A stretch of DNA of 64,000 bases from Squalus acanthias (lineage: Eukaryota), in contig CM059437.1 in the NCBI GenBank assembly GCA_030390025.1, positions 23,870,001 to 23,934,000 on the forward strand. The letters are read 5' to 3'. The stretch's first letter is position 1, and the number at the start of each line of letters is the position of its first letter. This document shows positions 1-12,921 of the stretch, piece after piece. The notes beneath the pieces were generated by a model, which saw only the letters and a program-made list of their open reading frames with translations, was not told the origin of the DNA and did not search any database. Made by a program: the position numbers and the translations under genes.

Positions 1-135
1 AAAATTGATTATTGAGGCAGACGGCATAAGATCATTTAAGAGGGAACTAGATAAGTATTTGAAATGGAGGAATATAAAAAGATACAGGGAAACAGGGTTA
101 TAGTAGATTCGTCTACTTCTGTGCTGTAATTTCGA
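1..135 (+). mobile_element. Degenerate CR1-type LINE 3' end
   Basis: TTTAAGAGGGAACTAGATAAGTATTTG...CTTCTGTGCTGTAATTTC resembles other CR1 tails in the window (e.g. 49855-50097). Confidence 0.55.
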
Positions 136-527
136 CGGCTCCAGAATGCCGAAGACCCGGCTCTGCTGCCAGAAATGAGGTGGAGTGGACTCCCAGCTGT
201 TGATTCTACAGGACGTAGACCCTGTCCTAAATCCCAGGGACAGACGGCCCATCGCTAAAGGCACAGCAGAGGTAACTGCCCCCAAGGAGGTAACGGAAAA
301 TAGGAGCAGCAGTTGAATCTCTTTTATTTATGTGTCACCTTGTGTCTCTGAGAAACAACATATCAACAAGAACAGCAGAAAAGGAGGGAATTGCTTGCCA
401 GACTATACCATTATTCGAGTACGGAGCAGAGTTCTGGATTAAATGTCCAACTTTAGGTATATCTAAGCAAAACTTCTTTGGTAATACTAAGTACTGTTAC
501 TAAGATCTTTGGCCAAGAAGTAAAGAT

Positions 528-1273
528 ACATAAGAACATAAGAGCATAAGAAATAGGAGCAGGAGTAGGCCATACAGCCCCTCGAGCCTGCTCCACCATT
601 CAATAAGATCATGGCTGATCATTGACCTCAACTCCACTTTCCTGCCCGATCTCCGTATCCCTTGATTCCCCTAGAGTCCAAAAATCTATCGATTTCAGCC
701 TTGAATATACTCAAAGACTCAGCATGCACAGCCCTCTGATACTAGAGCATCCTTCAATTGATTCTTTCATCAGAAAACTATCCAGTTCTCTTTTTAATTT
801 GATGAGAAACATATATGGCATGCCATCAAAATGTTTTATATAGCAGCAAATACTCCATAACAGCAAATTTTTCAATAAATCAATCCATTAAATACATTAC
901 AGTTTAAAAGATTTAAATAAGGTAAATTGTATTCAGTAGTTGACATTTAGTGCAACACATCGACTCATCATCGACCTCAACTCCACTTTCCTGCCCGATC
1001 TCCATATCCCTTGATTCCCCTAGAGTCCAAAAATCTATCTATCTCAGTCTTGAATATACTCAAAGACTCAGCATCCACAGCCCTCTGGGGCAGAGAATTC
1101 CAAAGATTCACAACCCTCTGAGTGAAGAAATTCCTCCTCATCTCAGTCTTAGATGGCCTACCCCTTATCCTGAGATTATGCCCCCTAGTTCAAGACTCTC
1201 CAGCCAGGGGAAACAACCTCTCAGCGTCTACCCTGTCAATCCCCTTCAGAATCTTGTATGTTTCAATGAGATC
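528..1273 (-). mobile_element. CR1/HER1-type LINE 3' fragment(s) with an internal ~120-bp duplication
   Basis: (ACATAAGA)n tail then AATAGGAGCAGGAGTAGGCCAT...; similar to 6865-7926 and, inverted, to 40785-41250. 619-739 is repeated at 968-1088. Confidence 0.9.
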
Positions 1274-2881
1274 ATGTTACAGTACTTGAATATTTTCTTC
1301 AATTTTGAGTTTTAGTTCCTCACTATAAAAACCCACCTCTAACTCAATGAAACAACCTATTTATTTGGTATCTGTACTGTTGGCTGGCCTTGCATAAAAC
1401 CACATAGTGGTGACTAAAAGTTGTTTTCAACCACACCTCGGCGACTTCAGTATTTAATTGAGAGAGCTGCTGAACTACTAAAAAGAAAGGTCATAAAAAA
1501 GCTCCAGAAGCACACTTGGAACTGGGTGGTTTGGCATTGGAAAGTAGAAAGGTCATATTATCTCTCCGCCCGCCGCTCCTCCCCCCCAACCCCACAAAGT
1601 GACAGAGGATACCCACTGAAAAATACATTCAGAAGTTAATCAATAACAAATCTTCTTCATATAAGTTTACAGCTTTGCTGCTGAATCTGTGAGCATGATA
1701 AACTTCCTTATAGTGATCGAACTCCACATTGAAACTTCCCATCTCTCGTCCTTCGAGTTACCCTGGGCTGTGGAGCAGGAGATTCACAGGAAATTGGTCC
1801 AAACGTCGGACATAAATCTCCAGTCATTTGATAAGAAAGCAAAATTCAGCACATGCACCAGTCTAGAGGAACCAATGAATATTCTTCAAAACAACAAAAC
1901 GAAACTAAATTCTAGTGGGCTTACTCTATTTTTATGATTGCTCAAGAAAGCAGAACATATCTGGTTTGACCCTAATAAATGTTGCTACTTGAATTTACTG
2001 GATCAATAAGAAAAGGTTATCATTTGGCATTCTCAACATCGTGGTTTACATTAACCCCCTTAAGGATAGGACTTGCTGTGGTTATATGTCTCATGCAAGG
2101 TATTGGTGAAAACTCTGACTGCTTTTGATTCCCAGGCCTTTCATTATCTGGAGATTAATCACCGCCCTGTGAGTCAACCCCACATGATTCTGCTCCTGGT
2201 AATGGAGATCAGACCCCCACCTGTTTAACAGAGTTGCTTATCATCCAATTGAAGAGGCAATAGTCTCCCTTTAGTTAACTATTGAGTCTAAAAGCAACTA
2301 ACATTTAAATAAGGATTGGGTTGCCTTTCTCTTTGAAAATCCCCAGCCTTTATAATGAGGATTAAGCTGTTATAAATGCCAGCAAATGAACAGCAAGTAG
2401 TTGACATGTATATTTGTGGGCGCCATAAAGTATTCATTGTGCCATTTAAGCTGAATATTTACAGAAAGTGCTCGGAACCTTGCCAGGTGGCTGAAGAACT
2501 CTTCAGCTCAAACCTCATAAAAGTTTTAAATTGTCCTTTAAGTTCTCATGAGATCTGATGTTAGCACAGTTCTTGTCGGATTTTTAATTTAAACAGAGGC
2601 ACAGTGAGGTTGCTATAAATAAAGCAGATAGGTCTATATACGGTCGCGCTGACTGTCTTTGAATAACCTACACGTTCCTTGACTTTAACTTTTAAATGCT
2701 TTTAAAAATATAAATAGAATAGATCATTCAAAATGCAGAAACGCTAAATAATCCAAGAACAGGTCAAAAGTGTTTCATTCAGACAAGGAAAGATTAGGAA
2801 CAATTGTCTTTAGTGTATGAAATGATTTCCTACAATTTGCTAATTATCATATGTTACATTAGCTCCACATATGCAATTGTT

Positions 2882-3018
2882 GAACATAAGCAAAGGACTA
2901 GGCCATTCAGCCCCTCGAGCCTGTTCTGCCGTTCAATTAGATCATGGCTGACCTGTATCTTAACTCCATCCACCTGCCTTGGCTCCATATCCTTTTATAC
3001 CCTTGTCTAGCAAAAATG
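2882..3018 (-). mobile_element. Short CR1 LINE 3' tail
   Basis: GAACATAAG...AGGCCATTCAGCCCCTCGAGCCTG...AGATCATGGCTGA, the same terminal motif as 528 and 6865. Confidence 0.8.
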
Positions 3019-4587
3019 AACAGAGCTCAGTGCAGAAGATGTAAAGTGGTGAATAGCATCTATGAGTTCGGTACAGTAAACACTTACCTAATGAGAGAGA
3101 TGTCTGTTAAATCTATGCATTCTGTTGGCTGATGGAAAATGTCTTTCTTGTTTATATATTTGACCATGTTTACTCACAGCTGCCTTTTATGTCATATTTT
3201 AGCAGACTACAACAATGCAGTGCCAGTATTTAACTTTCCACCCAGCTATTGTAAATTAAACTGAAAATAATATTGCTAAATAGCTTATAATTTATCTCAT
3301 CTAATTATACTGTAACACTGTGACAGGTATTTCATCATAGCACACAGATACTGATCTCTCAATTTGACTTCTTATCAAGCAAAGACATACCATTTGTGCA
3401 GACAATGGGATCCTGGGCATTGCAAATCCATAGCACTAGGATCAGATGAAACTGGTGTGAAGCAATTTGTGATTGTGTCCTATTGAACCAAATTTATTGG
3501 CGATAATATTGAATTTTTAAATTCTGCAGTGAAAAGCAATTTAAATATTAACCAGGTGATCTTATCAGATTTTGACTGTAATAGGAAGCAACTGCTTGGA
3601 TTGTGATAAAATGTAATAAATCAGCTCCCTGTTGTACTGGAAGGAGCTCCTTCTGAAAGCTGTACATCACCAGTCAGTACATCTCCATAGTTCCTATGAA
3701 ACAGGCTTTCTGCTTTTATTGTGTGGCAGTGAAATGCATTTCAGATCAACTCAGAGACAAGGTCAAATATTGCTAAATGTCACATGTTTTTCCCATTTAT
3801 AAATCCATTTCAATTCAGTGTAAAATATCATAGTGAAGACCAAATAGTGCATTAAATCAAAATGTTTAATCCATTTATCAAGAACCCCACTCGGGATGAT
3901 TGAGATCTGAACCTGGTTCTATGAAGTGATCAAGATAGCATCCATAATACAGCAGGAACAGAACATCTAGTAGTGGAATTTCCAAAAACAGGTTAAAAGG
4001 GATTTGAGAAGTGTAAAGATGACTCTAGAGATTAGCACAGTTATAGATGTTAAGCTCTTATTTATAAGATATAAAAAATCTTACATTTCTACACACTTGC
4101 TGTCGACAAACCCTTACTCCCAGTTATCATGTTTTTGTGTGGTTTCTATATCAACCTTTTCCCATTATAAATTCCCATGTCCACAATTATAATGGCAACT
4201 GTCTATGTAAACTTGTGACACTTTAATGACATCCTCTAACAGTGGTGGCACTGTAGCACCTCAGTTGGGCATCTCTCAGCGCTTCGGCCTGCACTGCAGA
4301 GAAACTCCTATGCTCCAATCAACTTTACTTCTCTGCTTCCCAAAATCCCATAAGTTTTGCTATTTATGAGTAAGTTATAATATAAAGTCAAAGTATTATA
4401 TAAAATTAAGAACATTGCATGATTTTAAAATGGAGACTGAACTATGACTGCGTACTCTGATCTAATTATTCCCTACTCTCTAACTAAGTTTCCACCTAAA
4501 GACTACAATTGGTCTTGAATCCCCATGTGTATTGCCATGGGAGATTGATTAGTATCTTATTAAAAATCTTAAATCTGCGCACATTTC

Positions 4588-5462
4588 GGCCGGAATTTTG
4601 CCGGTCCTCAGAGTGCGGGATTGGAGGCGGGACCGCTGTCAAAATGGCAAAGATTGACAGCGGGCAGGAAACCCGCTGTCAACCTGCCTCCAATCAATCT
4701 TCCCAAGTGTCGGGTCCCCGATTTGTACATGGACCCGACACCTAGCGGCGGGAAGAGGATTATAGCCACCTACCTGCCTGTTAACAGGTACTTGATACTT
4801 GTTAACAGGATCTTTTTCAATTTTGCCACTTCTGCCTCGGGTTCCCCGACATCCGGACACCACGCCAGGTAAGTGTGGCATGTTGTGAGTCTGCTGTAGT
4901 GTTTCTGCATTGATGACAGCTGCGGAAGTGGTGTGAAGGATCCAATGGTGTACTGGTGAGTTTCAGAGGTAAGGAAATGTTGGGAAAATCATTTTTATTG
5001 TATTTACTCTTTTCTATAGGTAAGAAGTTTTGAATTGTATGTCTAGTCCCACCTCATTGGGAGAACCTCTCTCACCAGTGACAGATCGCTTCTGTACCCT
5101 CACCTGCAGCTGCCATCTGTTCTAGCCTAAGGAGGGAGTCACTGGAGAGCCTGGGTGCAAGAGCTCACCTGTGAACAGTCATTGTCAGTGTTTGCAGCAC
5201 CTCAATGCTGTCAAACACTGAGAAATGAGCTGTCAAAGAAAAATTGTGCGTGGTCCCTTTAAGAAAACCGGCAGATGACATGTCATCAAATTACTTCATC
5301 TGACCAGCTTCTTCTTAATTGGCCGGCAAGCCCACAGGGCGGGCTTAACAAGGCCAATTGACGTAAAAATACATCCGTTGGCCAGATGCAGTTGGGGGCG
5401 GGACTGGAACCCGGAAACCAGCTGACCCGCTCCCGAGCCGCATCCATTTGCAAAATCGTGGT
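4588..5462. mobile_element. Non-autonomous DNA transposon (PIF/Harbinger-like)
   Basis: GC-rich block starting GGCCGGAATTTTGC and ending GCAAAATCGTGGTT. Subterminal GGCGGGA/TCCCG motifs are in inverted orientation. Confidence 0.55.
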
Positions 5463-5910
5463 TTTTGTCTTCAAACCTTACTTCCTGTTGTTAACTCTTT
5501 CATTCACACCTTTTCCAATTGTAAGTTATATATCCACATTTCCCATTCAATTTTCTAATGTCAACTAGCACCTATCACTGTGCAATTACAGGAACCAGCC
5601 AATAGATATTTTTTTTTAGTATTTTTTTCCCCCAAACTCAGTTTCTTCACAGATCAAGACATTTACAGTAGCAAGCAGTAACCGCGATTTGCTGAAATCT
5701 ATCCAACTAACACAGCAGCTTGAACCAGTTCATGAAAGGGTTAAACAGACAACCAGCCAACCTGGTTGAATGATTTTCTTTTCAGATCTCACAAAACAAA
5801 CAATAGAGAAACACTTCTCTTAAGGGACTACCTGCCCAATCTCAGTCGCAATCTTTCTCATAATTACATTGGTATCTTAACCATAGAGCCACGTTTTGCC
5901 TCTGCGACTG

Positions 5911-5941
5911 TTGTGTGTGTGTGTGTGGGTGTGTGTGTGTG
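5911..5941. repeat. (GT)n microsatellite
   Basis: Directly visible. Confidence 0.9.
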
Positions 5942-6864
5942 GGGTGGGGGTTAAAACAGTAACTAATATTCCTACAGTGTCCAATTCATATACTCATAAA
6001 CCCTTTGAAGTACAGTCTCATTTTTGAGGAGACAGTCTGCGAAACAGAAGCACTCCACTCTAACAATGAACTGCAAATTCCATAACGCATACACAGTAGG
6101 GTACCAATGGCAACCTGTGGTGTCTCAGAAGTGCAGTCCGTGCTAGAGTTATCCTGATCAGATTATGTCATGGTTTAATAATCTGGTGTTACACATTAAT
6201 TGTTCCTAGCATCTGGATGTGTTCGGTGATTGTTTCTCCAGACATATACATCTGTTAACAATCAACAGGATTGGCTTGAACTGCTACTTTCTGACATACT
6301 TCATGAAGAATATGAGCCAATTTCCCAGTCGTCACAGATCTGAGAGTTAAAATAACCTGTTTTTAAGCTGAGAAACAAAAGTACAGAGAGAAAACCCATT
6401 AACAATAGACAAAAATTATTGCACTTTTGTCACAGGGGTATTGCCCTTATAGAACTGAGGGGCACTCTCCTATCGAAGGCAATGTCTGAAATACCTAGAC
6501 AGAGGTAGCCAAGTGAGCAATGCAGTTTCCCACATCCACAGGTCTTGGGAGCGAATAAGGAAGAAGTTCTTAGACCACAGGACGAGTAGCAAAGTAAGAC
6601 TATCCAGAATATGCCTGCTCAAAGTATATGGCCACAGGATGTATGCCACAATGAGTCTCAACTTGGTACAGCCTCACTGAGGCAACTACAAAGTACTCAG
6701 GCAACCTTTTGGCTCTTACACATGGATTATCCATGCCCATATTGGAGTAGAGCAGGCTTTGTTGGTGGCATTGAAATATGCTTCTATTGCCACATAATAA
6801 ATATTGCAAATTGTACCTTCAACATTTCTTTTTTATGCACCAACACAAGCTTCTAAAGTAATTT

Positions 6865-7926
6865 ATAGAAACATAGAAACATAGAGGATAGGAGCAGGAG
6901 TAGGCCATTCGGCCCCTCGAGCCTGCTCCGCCATTCGATGAGATCATGGCTGATCATCCAAACTCAGTACCCTGTCCCTGCCTTCTCCCCATATCCCTTG
7001 ATACCTTTAGCTTTAAGAAATATATCTAACTCATTCTTGAATATATTTAACGACTTGGCCTCAACTACCTTCTGTGGTAGAGAATTCCACAGGTTCACCA
7101 CTCTCTGGGTGAAGAAATTCTTCCTCATTTCTGTCCTAAATGGCTTACCCCTTATCCTTAGATTATGACCCCTGGTTCTGGACTCTCCGACCATCGGGAA
7201 CATTCTTCCTGCATCTAGTTTGTCCAGACCTGTCAGAATTTTATATGTTTCGATGAGATCCCCTCTCATTCTTCTATACTCCAGCGAGTATAAGCCCAAT
7301 CGACCCAATCTCTCCTCATATGTCATTCCTGCCATCCCAGGTATCAGCCTTGTGAATCTTCGCTGAACTCCTTCCATGGCAAGAACATCCTTCCTCAGAT
7401 AAGGCGACCAAAACTGCACACAGTACTCAAGGTGTGGTCTCACCAAGGCCCTGTACAACTGCAGCAGGACATCCCTGTTCCTATACTCAAACCCTTTCGC
7501 TATGAAGGCCAACATACCATTTGCCTTCTTCACCGCCTGCTGCACCTGCATGCTTACCTTCAGCGACTGGTGCACAAGGACACCCAGGTCTCGTTGCACT
7601 TCCCCTTCTCCCAATCTATTGCCATTCAGATAATAGTCTGCCTTTCTGTTTTTGACACCAAAGTGGATAACCTCGCACTTATCCACGTTATATTGCATCT
7701 GCCACGCTTCTGCCCACTCACCCAACCTGTCCAAATCATCCTGGAGTTTCTCGGTATCCTCCTCGCAGCACACACTCCCGCCCAGCTTTGTGTCATCTGC
7801 AAACTTGGAGATATTACATTTAGTTCCCTTATCTAGATCATTAATGTATATTGTGAATAGCTGGGGTCCAAGGACCGATCCCTGCGGTACCCCACTAGTC
7901 ACTGCCTGCCACTCGGAAAAATGAGC
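6865..7926 (-). mobile_element. 5'-truncated CR1/HER1-type LINE; open ORF2 C-terminal part (RT domains and tail), ORF 6964-7902
   Basis: 312 stop-free codons with GVPQGSVLGP, FADD, RPHLEYCVQFWSP and FFTQRVVNLWNSLP; 3' (GTTTCTAT)n tail. Confidence 0.97.
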
Positions 7927-8227
7927 CCAACCTTCATGTCACCTTGTGTCAGTCCATGAAAATGCAGCATGCATGTGTACATTTTGAATCTGTTTAGAAA
8001 AGGTCACATGTGAACACATGGGAGTGAAGGCAAGCTCTCAACTATTGGCCTGTGGCTTCATTTGAGGAGACTGCCCTTCGATTCATGGGGCTGGAGGTCA
8101 TCAAAGGAGTGGGCAGGGAGGGTTTGGAGGCCTTGCTGATGCCTAGGGCTAGTATCGTCCTTTTCTTATTCAGCTTACTCACTCTCTCACTCAGTCATTT
8201 GCTCACTCACCCACTCATTCACTCAGT

Positions 8228-9745
8228 AACAACTTGCATTTATATAGTGCCTTCAATGTAGAAAAAGAGTCCCAAGGCATTCACCGAGGTGAGTGAAGAA
8301 GGAGCTATTAGGAGGGGTGACCAAAGGCTTGGCCAAAACGGTGGGTTTTAAGCAGGGTCTTAAAAGAGGAGAAGTAGGTGGAGAGATGTAAGGGGCTTAG
8401 TAGGGAGGGAATTCCAGAATGTGGGGCCTAGTCCCTTCCCGACTGCAAAACGCTCCCCTCAACCTGTTGTTGCTAGCGGCAAGCGGTAAGGCAGGGGGCG
8501 CCACTCAATATCCGGTCCGGGGTGCTACCGGGGCGTTGCACTCTCGACTGACGTCACAATCTGCGGGCGCAGGAGATCGTGGTGGTAGTGTTTAGCGCCG
8601 CCGCAAAATGTCTGGTCAATTTCACAAGCGGCGCAAACATCGCCGCGCCCGGGCGTTAGTTGCTTTGCACCCCATTAGCGCCCTCTTAGGGTGCTAACAG
8701 GAGGCGCAACGCAACCGAATTTTTCCCCCTAGATATCAGACAGGCAGCCTGATAGCACAGAGGCACAGGAGGGGTTGAGATAGGTGGTGCAGAGGTACAG
8801 CTGGACGTCGTCAGCTACATGTGGAAGTTGACCCCATGTCTTTAGATGATATTGCCAAGGGCCAGCACGTAGATGAAGAAAAGGAGATCGATGCTTGGGG
8901 GACTCCAGAGGCAATAGTGCGGGGTGGGAAGAGAAGCTATTGCTTGTGATGCTCTGGCTACAATTGGATAGGTAAGAGTGGAATCAAGTGAAGGCAGTCC
9001 CACTGAGCTGAACAATGGAGGAGAGGCATAGAGGAAGTCGGTATGGTTGACCGTGTCAAAGGTTGAAGAGAGGTCAAGGAGGACGGGGATGGAAAATGCA
9101 CCACAGACAGTCAGAGAGGATGTCATTTTTAATTTTGATTAGGGCTATTTCAGTGCTGTAGCAGGGTCAGAAACCTAATTGGAGAGATTCAAACATGGAG
9201 CTGTGGGAAAGTTGGGCATGGATTTGGGAAGCGACAACATGCCCAAGGACTTTGGGCAGGAAAGGGAGGTTGGAGATGGGCTGGTAGCTTGCAAGGACAC
9301 AGCTGTTGATGGTGGGGGTTTTTTTGAAGCGGGGTGATGGCAACGGTTTTCAAAGAGAGGGGGACAGTACCTGAGGTGAGGAAACCATTTACAATATCAG
9401 CTGTCATGGGGACCAAGAAGGGTAGTTGGATGGGAATGGGGTCAAGGGAGCAGGAGGTGTGTCTCATGGGCAAAATGATCTCGGAGAGGGTACGAGGGAA
9501 GATAGAAGAGAAACTAGAGAAAGACACAGAAACAGGGATAGGGCAGAAGGGAACCTGAGGGGAGATTTGACTTGGTGGGCAAGGGGAAGGGGTGGAAGCA
9601 GCAGAGGCCACTGAACAGATTATCTCAATCTTAGTGATAAAGAAGTCCATGATCTCCTCGCACTTGCTGTTGGTGGAGAGGCCAGAGAAGAGGGGTTTAA
9701 GGAGACAGTTGATAGTGGAACTGGGTGTTATCTTTGCTCTCCAGG
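8228..9745 (-). mobile_element. Decayed L2-clade LINE, 3' about 1.2 kb, interrupted by a MITE fragment
   Basis: 3' end AACAACTTGCATTTATATAG. Frameshifted RT motifs LLDLSSTFDTVNH, SCSLDPIP and ADDVQLY. Confidence 0.9.
8433..8729 (-). mobile_element. One-ended fragment of the GC-rich Harbinger-like MITE, inside the L2
   Basis: Reverse complement of 34342-34630; ends in the TIR AATTTTTCCCCC. Confidence 0.85.
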
Positions 9746-10103
9746 ATGAGCACGCGTAACACACTGCACAACAGCCGCATGGCACACACTATACTGGCAT
9801 GTCACCTCTGAAAGGATTCTTTACGGTGACTTGTTCTGCAAGGAATTTTACCAGATGAAACTTTCCCTTTAAAATCATTTTCCTTGTCTTTCTTCTTATG
9901 CCATATAATTTATTCATTAAATCAGTCTTTGAATTGGATCTTTGTGGATGTAAATCAACAGTTTCATTCTGAAAGCATTTGTATTGCTGTTAAATTGTGT
10001 TTTTCCATTCTGATTGTTGCAATTATGATGCATATTCTGTAGCAATCAAAGTTGCAGATCTGGGAATTGTAGCAGCAATCTAACATTTCCTATAACATTT
10101 ACG

Positions 10104-10700
10104 GCTCCCTTGATGGCTCTGTGGGTAAATGTGCTTGATGTGTAATACTACAGACCAGAACGATATCAGATTGAATTCCAGCTTTGTGGTGAAAGAGCTA
10201 ATCACAGCCAGAATAGTGATGGGGTAGTACAATCATTGTCAGTGTCCTTGGGATAGGAAGCAGGAAGAAATCAGACAGGACACCTCAAATTTCTGATTGC
10301 TATCCAGTGATTCCTTCTGGTAAGTTCTTCTCTGTGGACATTTGATGAGTACAAGATTTCTGATGCGCTCACAAACAAACTGTCTGCTATAAGGCCAATT
10401 CCATTAATCGTGCTTTCCAGCAACGAGCTGCCCTCCCAAGGAGCACATTGGTGGTGCACAGCCCATGATTTTCCATCCATTCATTTTAATTGGCTGCATG
10501 TCCATGGTTTCCCATGATGCACTCCCTTCAAGAATGGATCCCGCTGACCGTGTGGGATTGCAGAAATAGCCCTTATGTCTAGGCTCGCACTTGAAACATG
10601 GCCACCGAGTGAAGGTACCTAAAGAAGGCTGCCACCTGTGGAACTGGATTACAATATGTCACTACTTTCAGCTAAGGAGCGGAAAGGGGAGAAAGCTGGA
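10104..10700 (+). mobile_element. Old tRNA-derived SINE (family B), with an internal insertion
   Basis: Head CTCCCTTGATGGCTCTGTGGGTAAA; shares GGCCAC(C/T)..GTGA.GTAC and other motifs with 11294-11700. Confidence 0.6.
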
Positions 10701-11293
10701 ACAAAATAAATTGAGCCTATTTGTTTCATTTTAATTTGACCTTTTTTTACATATAATTGTTTAATGAATCTCACCACTGGGAACAATTTTTATCCTCCAG
10801 CAAATAGAAGCGGTTATTTGGAGAGCTCCATCGCCCCATTATCTTCCCAGGAGGTTATAAAGCTTTTAAAATTTAATTTTTCTGAATAGGATAATGACAA
10901 CTGAGGAATTGCAGCGATCATTGGCAGTTATGAATATACCTTGAAAAGATTAAGATGCATATTCCTTGGTAACTCTGGGACTGATCTTCATGCCCTCTCC
11001 ACCCCTCTGCCCATCCCCAAGGATATCCTTCTCTTCCCTTTCAGACAATCAAAAGAAAGTGTCTAAATGAGATAGGCTCATAAGCTGGCTTCATTTCTTA
11101 GGTTTCAATCTGCTTTGCATTTTCATCCAGTCTGAGGTTATTTCATTTTTGTCCAGGGAAATGTTTTGAAGAGAATTTCCTTTAAATTCAAGCAAAATGC
11201 CAACCTGTCCAATTAATATGGCTTACACAAGTTTTCCCATCATCTAGAAATGGAGCTAAAATGAAGCATTAAATTTCATTTTCCAAAATGTGC

Positions 11294-11700
11294 ACTCCCT
11301 GATGGCTTAGTTGATGCATGCACTGCTTAGTATAGAACATAGTCAATCAAGTCTGGAAGGTCTCGGGTTGGTGTCTTCAGTCTGTGCTGAGTTAGCTGAT
11401 CTCAGCCAGGACAGCTACAATTGGCCTCAGCACCTTTGAGCTTGGACAAACTCAGCCCGGCCACCTGCTTTTGATGACTATCAAGTGGCCCTACTGAAAA
11501 GTGCACGTGTGTGGGTCAGCATTGTGGTTGGCTGTGATCGCCCCTCCACATTCAAATAGCCGACTGACATTCACTGTCTAAGCTTGCACATTGAGTTTGG
11601 CCACTTGGGTGAGATACTGGAAGTAGGCTGGCACCTATGGGATTGCCTCAGCAAGAGGCAGCACCTTCCTGAGAAGAGTAGAGAAACCCAGGGGGGAAAA
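11294..11700 (+). mobile_element. Old tRNA-derived SINE (family B)
   Basis: A-box-like TGGCTTAGTTG, then GTCTGTGCTGAGTTAGCTGATCTCAGCC, CAAATAGCC and GGCCACTTGGGTGAG. These recur in several copies in the window. Confidence 0.7.
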
Positions 11701-12734
11701 GAACAAAAGTTACAACTTTGTTTTTTAAAAACTTTTTTTCCTTTCTACTTCCAAAGTTGCATTGGGAAATGCGCCAAGGTGTGCTGATTGTGGTTTGAAT
11801 AGACAAATAGGTTTTAGAATGTTTTATTAGACTGATATAAAATTTATAATAAACAACCTTTAGCGCCACAGAGATACCTTCACTAGGGGAATAGTGACAA
11901 GATAGAACATTGTTATAATGTAAATCTCCCAGCTCAGCCCTTCTGAAGAGGTGTGTGCATTGTAAATCTTAATTTAATCCAATCAATCCATCCTGATTCA
12001 TAGGAAGCCAACACTTTTGTGAGATAATTCCTAAAATAACTAATTATTAAACACCTCGATAGGAAATCTGGTTGTAAAATAGTGTGTTTCAATTTACCAC
12101 TGTTAATGTTGACTTCCCAGAGGAGCTCATTTCTGCATTAATGTATGTCATTAAAAAGGGTTTGTTTTTGTGGTTATGCTAATGCCCTAAAATATCATCA
12201 ATACATAATGAACTGCAAATTCAGGGAACTGAACACGCTTATTGTACTAATCCCCTTTCTTTTAAAAACAGCTGACAGTGCTCTACACTTAGTTTGAGGG
12301 ATCTAATATAGAGGTTATCCTTTTCTTTAGATTGTAATCTTAATTTTTTCTTTGCTGAAGTACCCTCCACACCAAGTGCCATTCCTTATGTGAGTGGGTG
12401 GTCAGCCAATTCGTCGATGCCATTTTCTAATGAGCCAATATATGATGTATGAGGCTGGCCAGTGGTCTTTGTTCCGCCCCTTCACTGATCAGAGACTTGC
12501 TGTGTAGGGAATCCTCACCTGTATTTGAGCATTCCGCACCATAATGCTTTGGAGCTGCTGCAGCATGCCTATGGTGCCTTCACAGTCAGCAGCCATAATT
12601 AATGTATGGTATATCAGAGGTCAAGTTCTATCAGAATGGCATATTGATGTATTTCTTTTTTTTTTGATCACAAAATAAATTTGAATGAAGGCAACCATTT
12701 GATTTCATTCTTCCAGACCACTTATTGCCTTTTT

Positions 12735-12921
12735 ATTCGTTTTTAACATCCACCTGAACAGATGGGGACCCTGGTTTCACATATCATTGATAGAGCAGCA
12801 CCACCTATGGTACAGCACTCGTTCAGTTCTGCACTGAAATGTCACACTGGATCATTTCTTCAAGTCCTGGTGTGGGGCTTAAATGAGAGGCGAGAGTTCA
12901 ACCGACTGAGCCAAACTGATG
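12735..12921 (-). mobile_element. Degenerate DeuSINE 5' part
   Basis: CATCCACCTGA...CTGCACTGAAATGTCA...GACTGAGCCA, inverse of the head of 43477-43947. Confidence 0.65.

Noticed and set aside
1630-1760. Minus-strand peptide GREMGSFNVEFDHYKEV resembling the EF-G C-terminus
   Set aside because: About 15 residues, an in-frame stop just upstream and no other EF-G sequence; probably chance.
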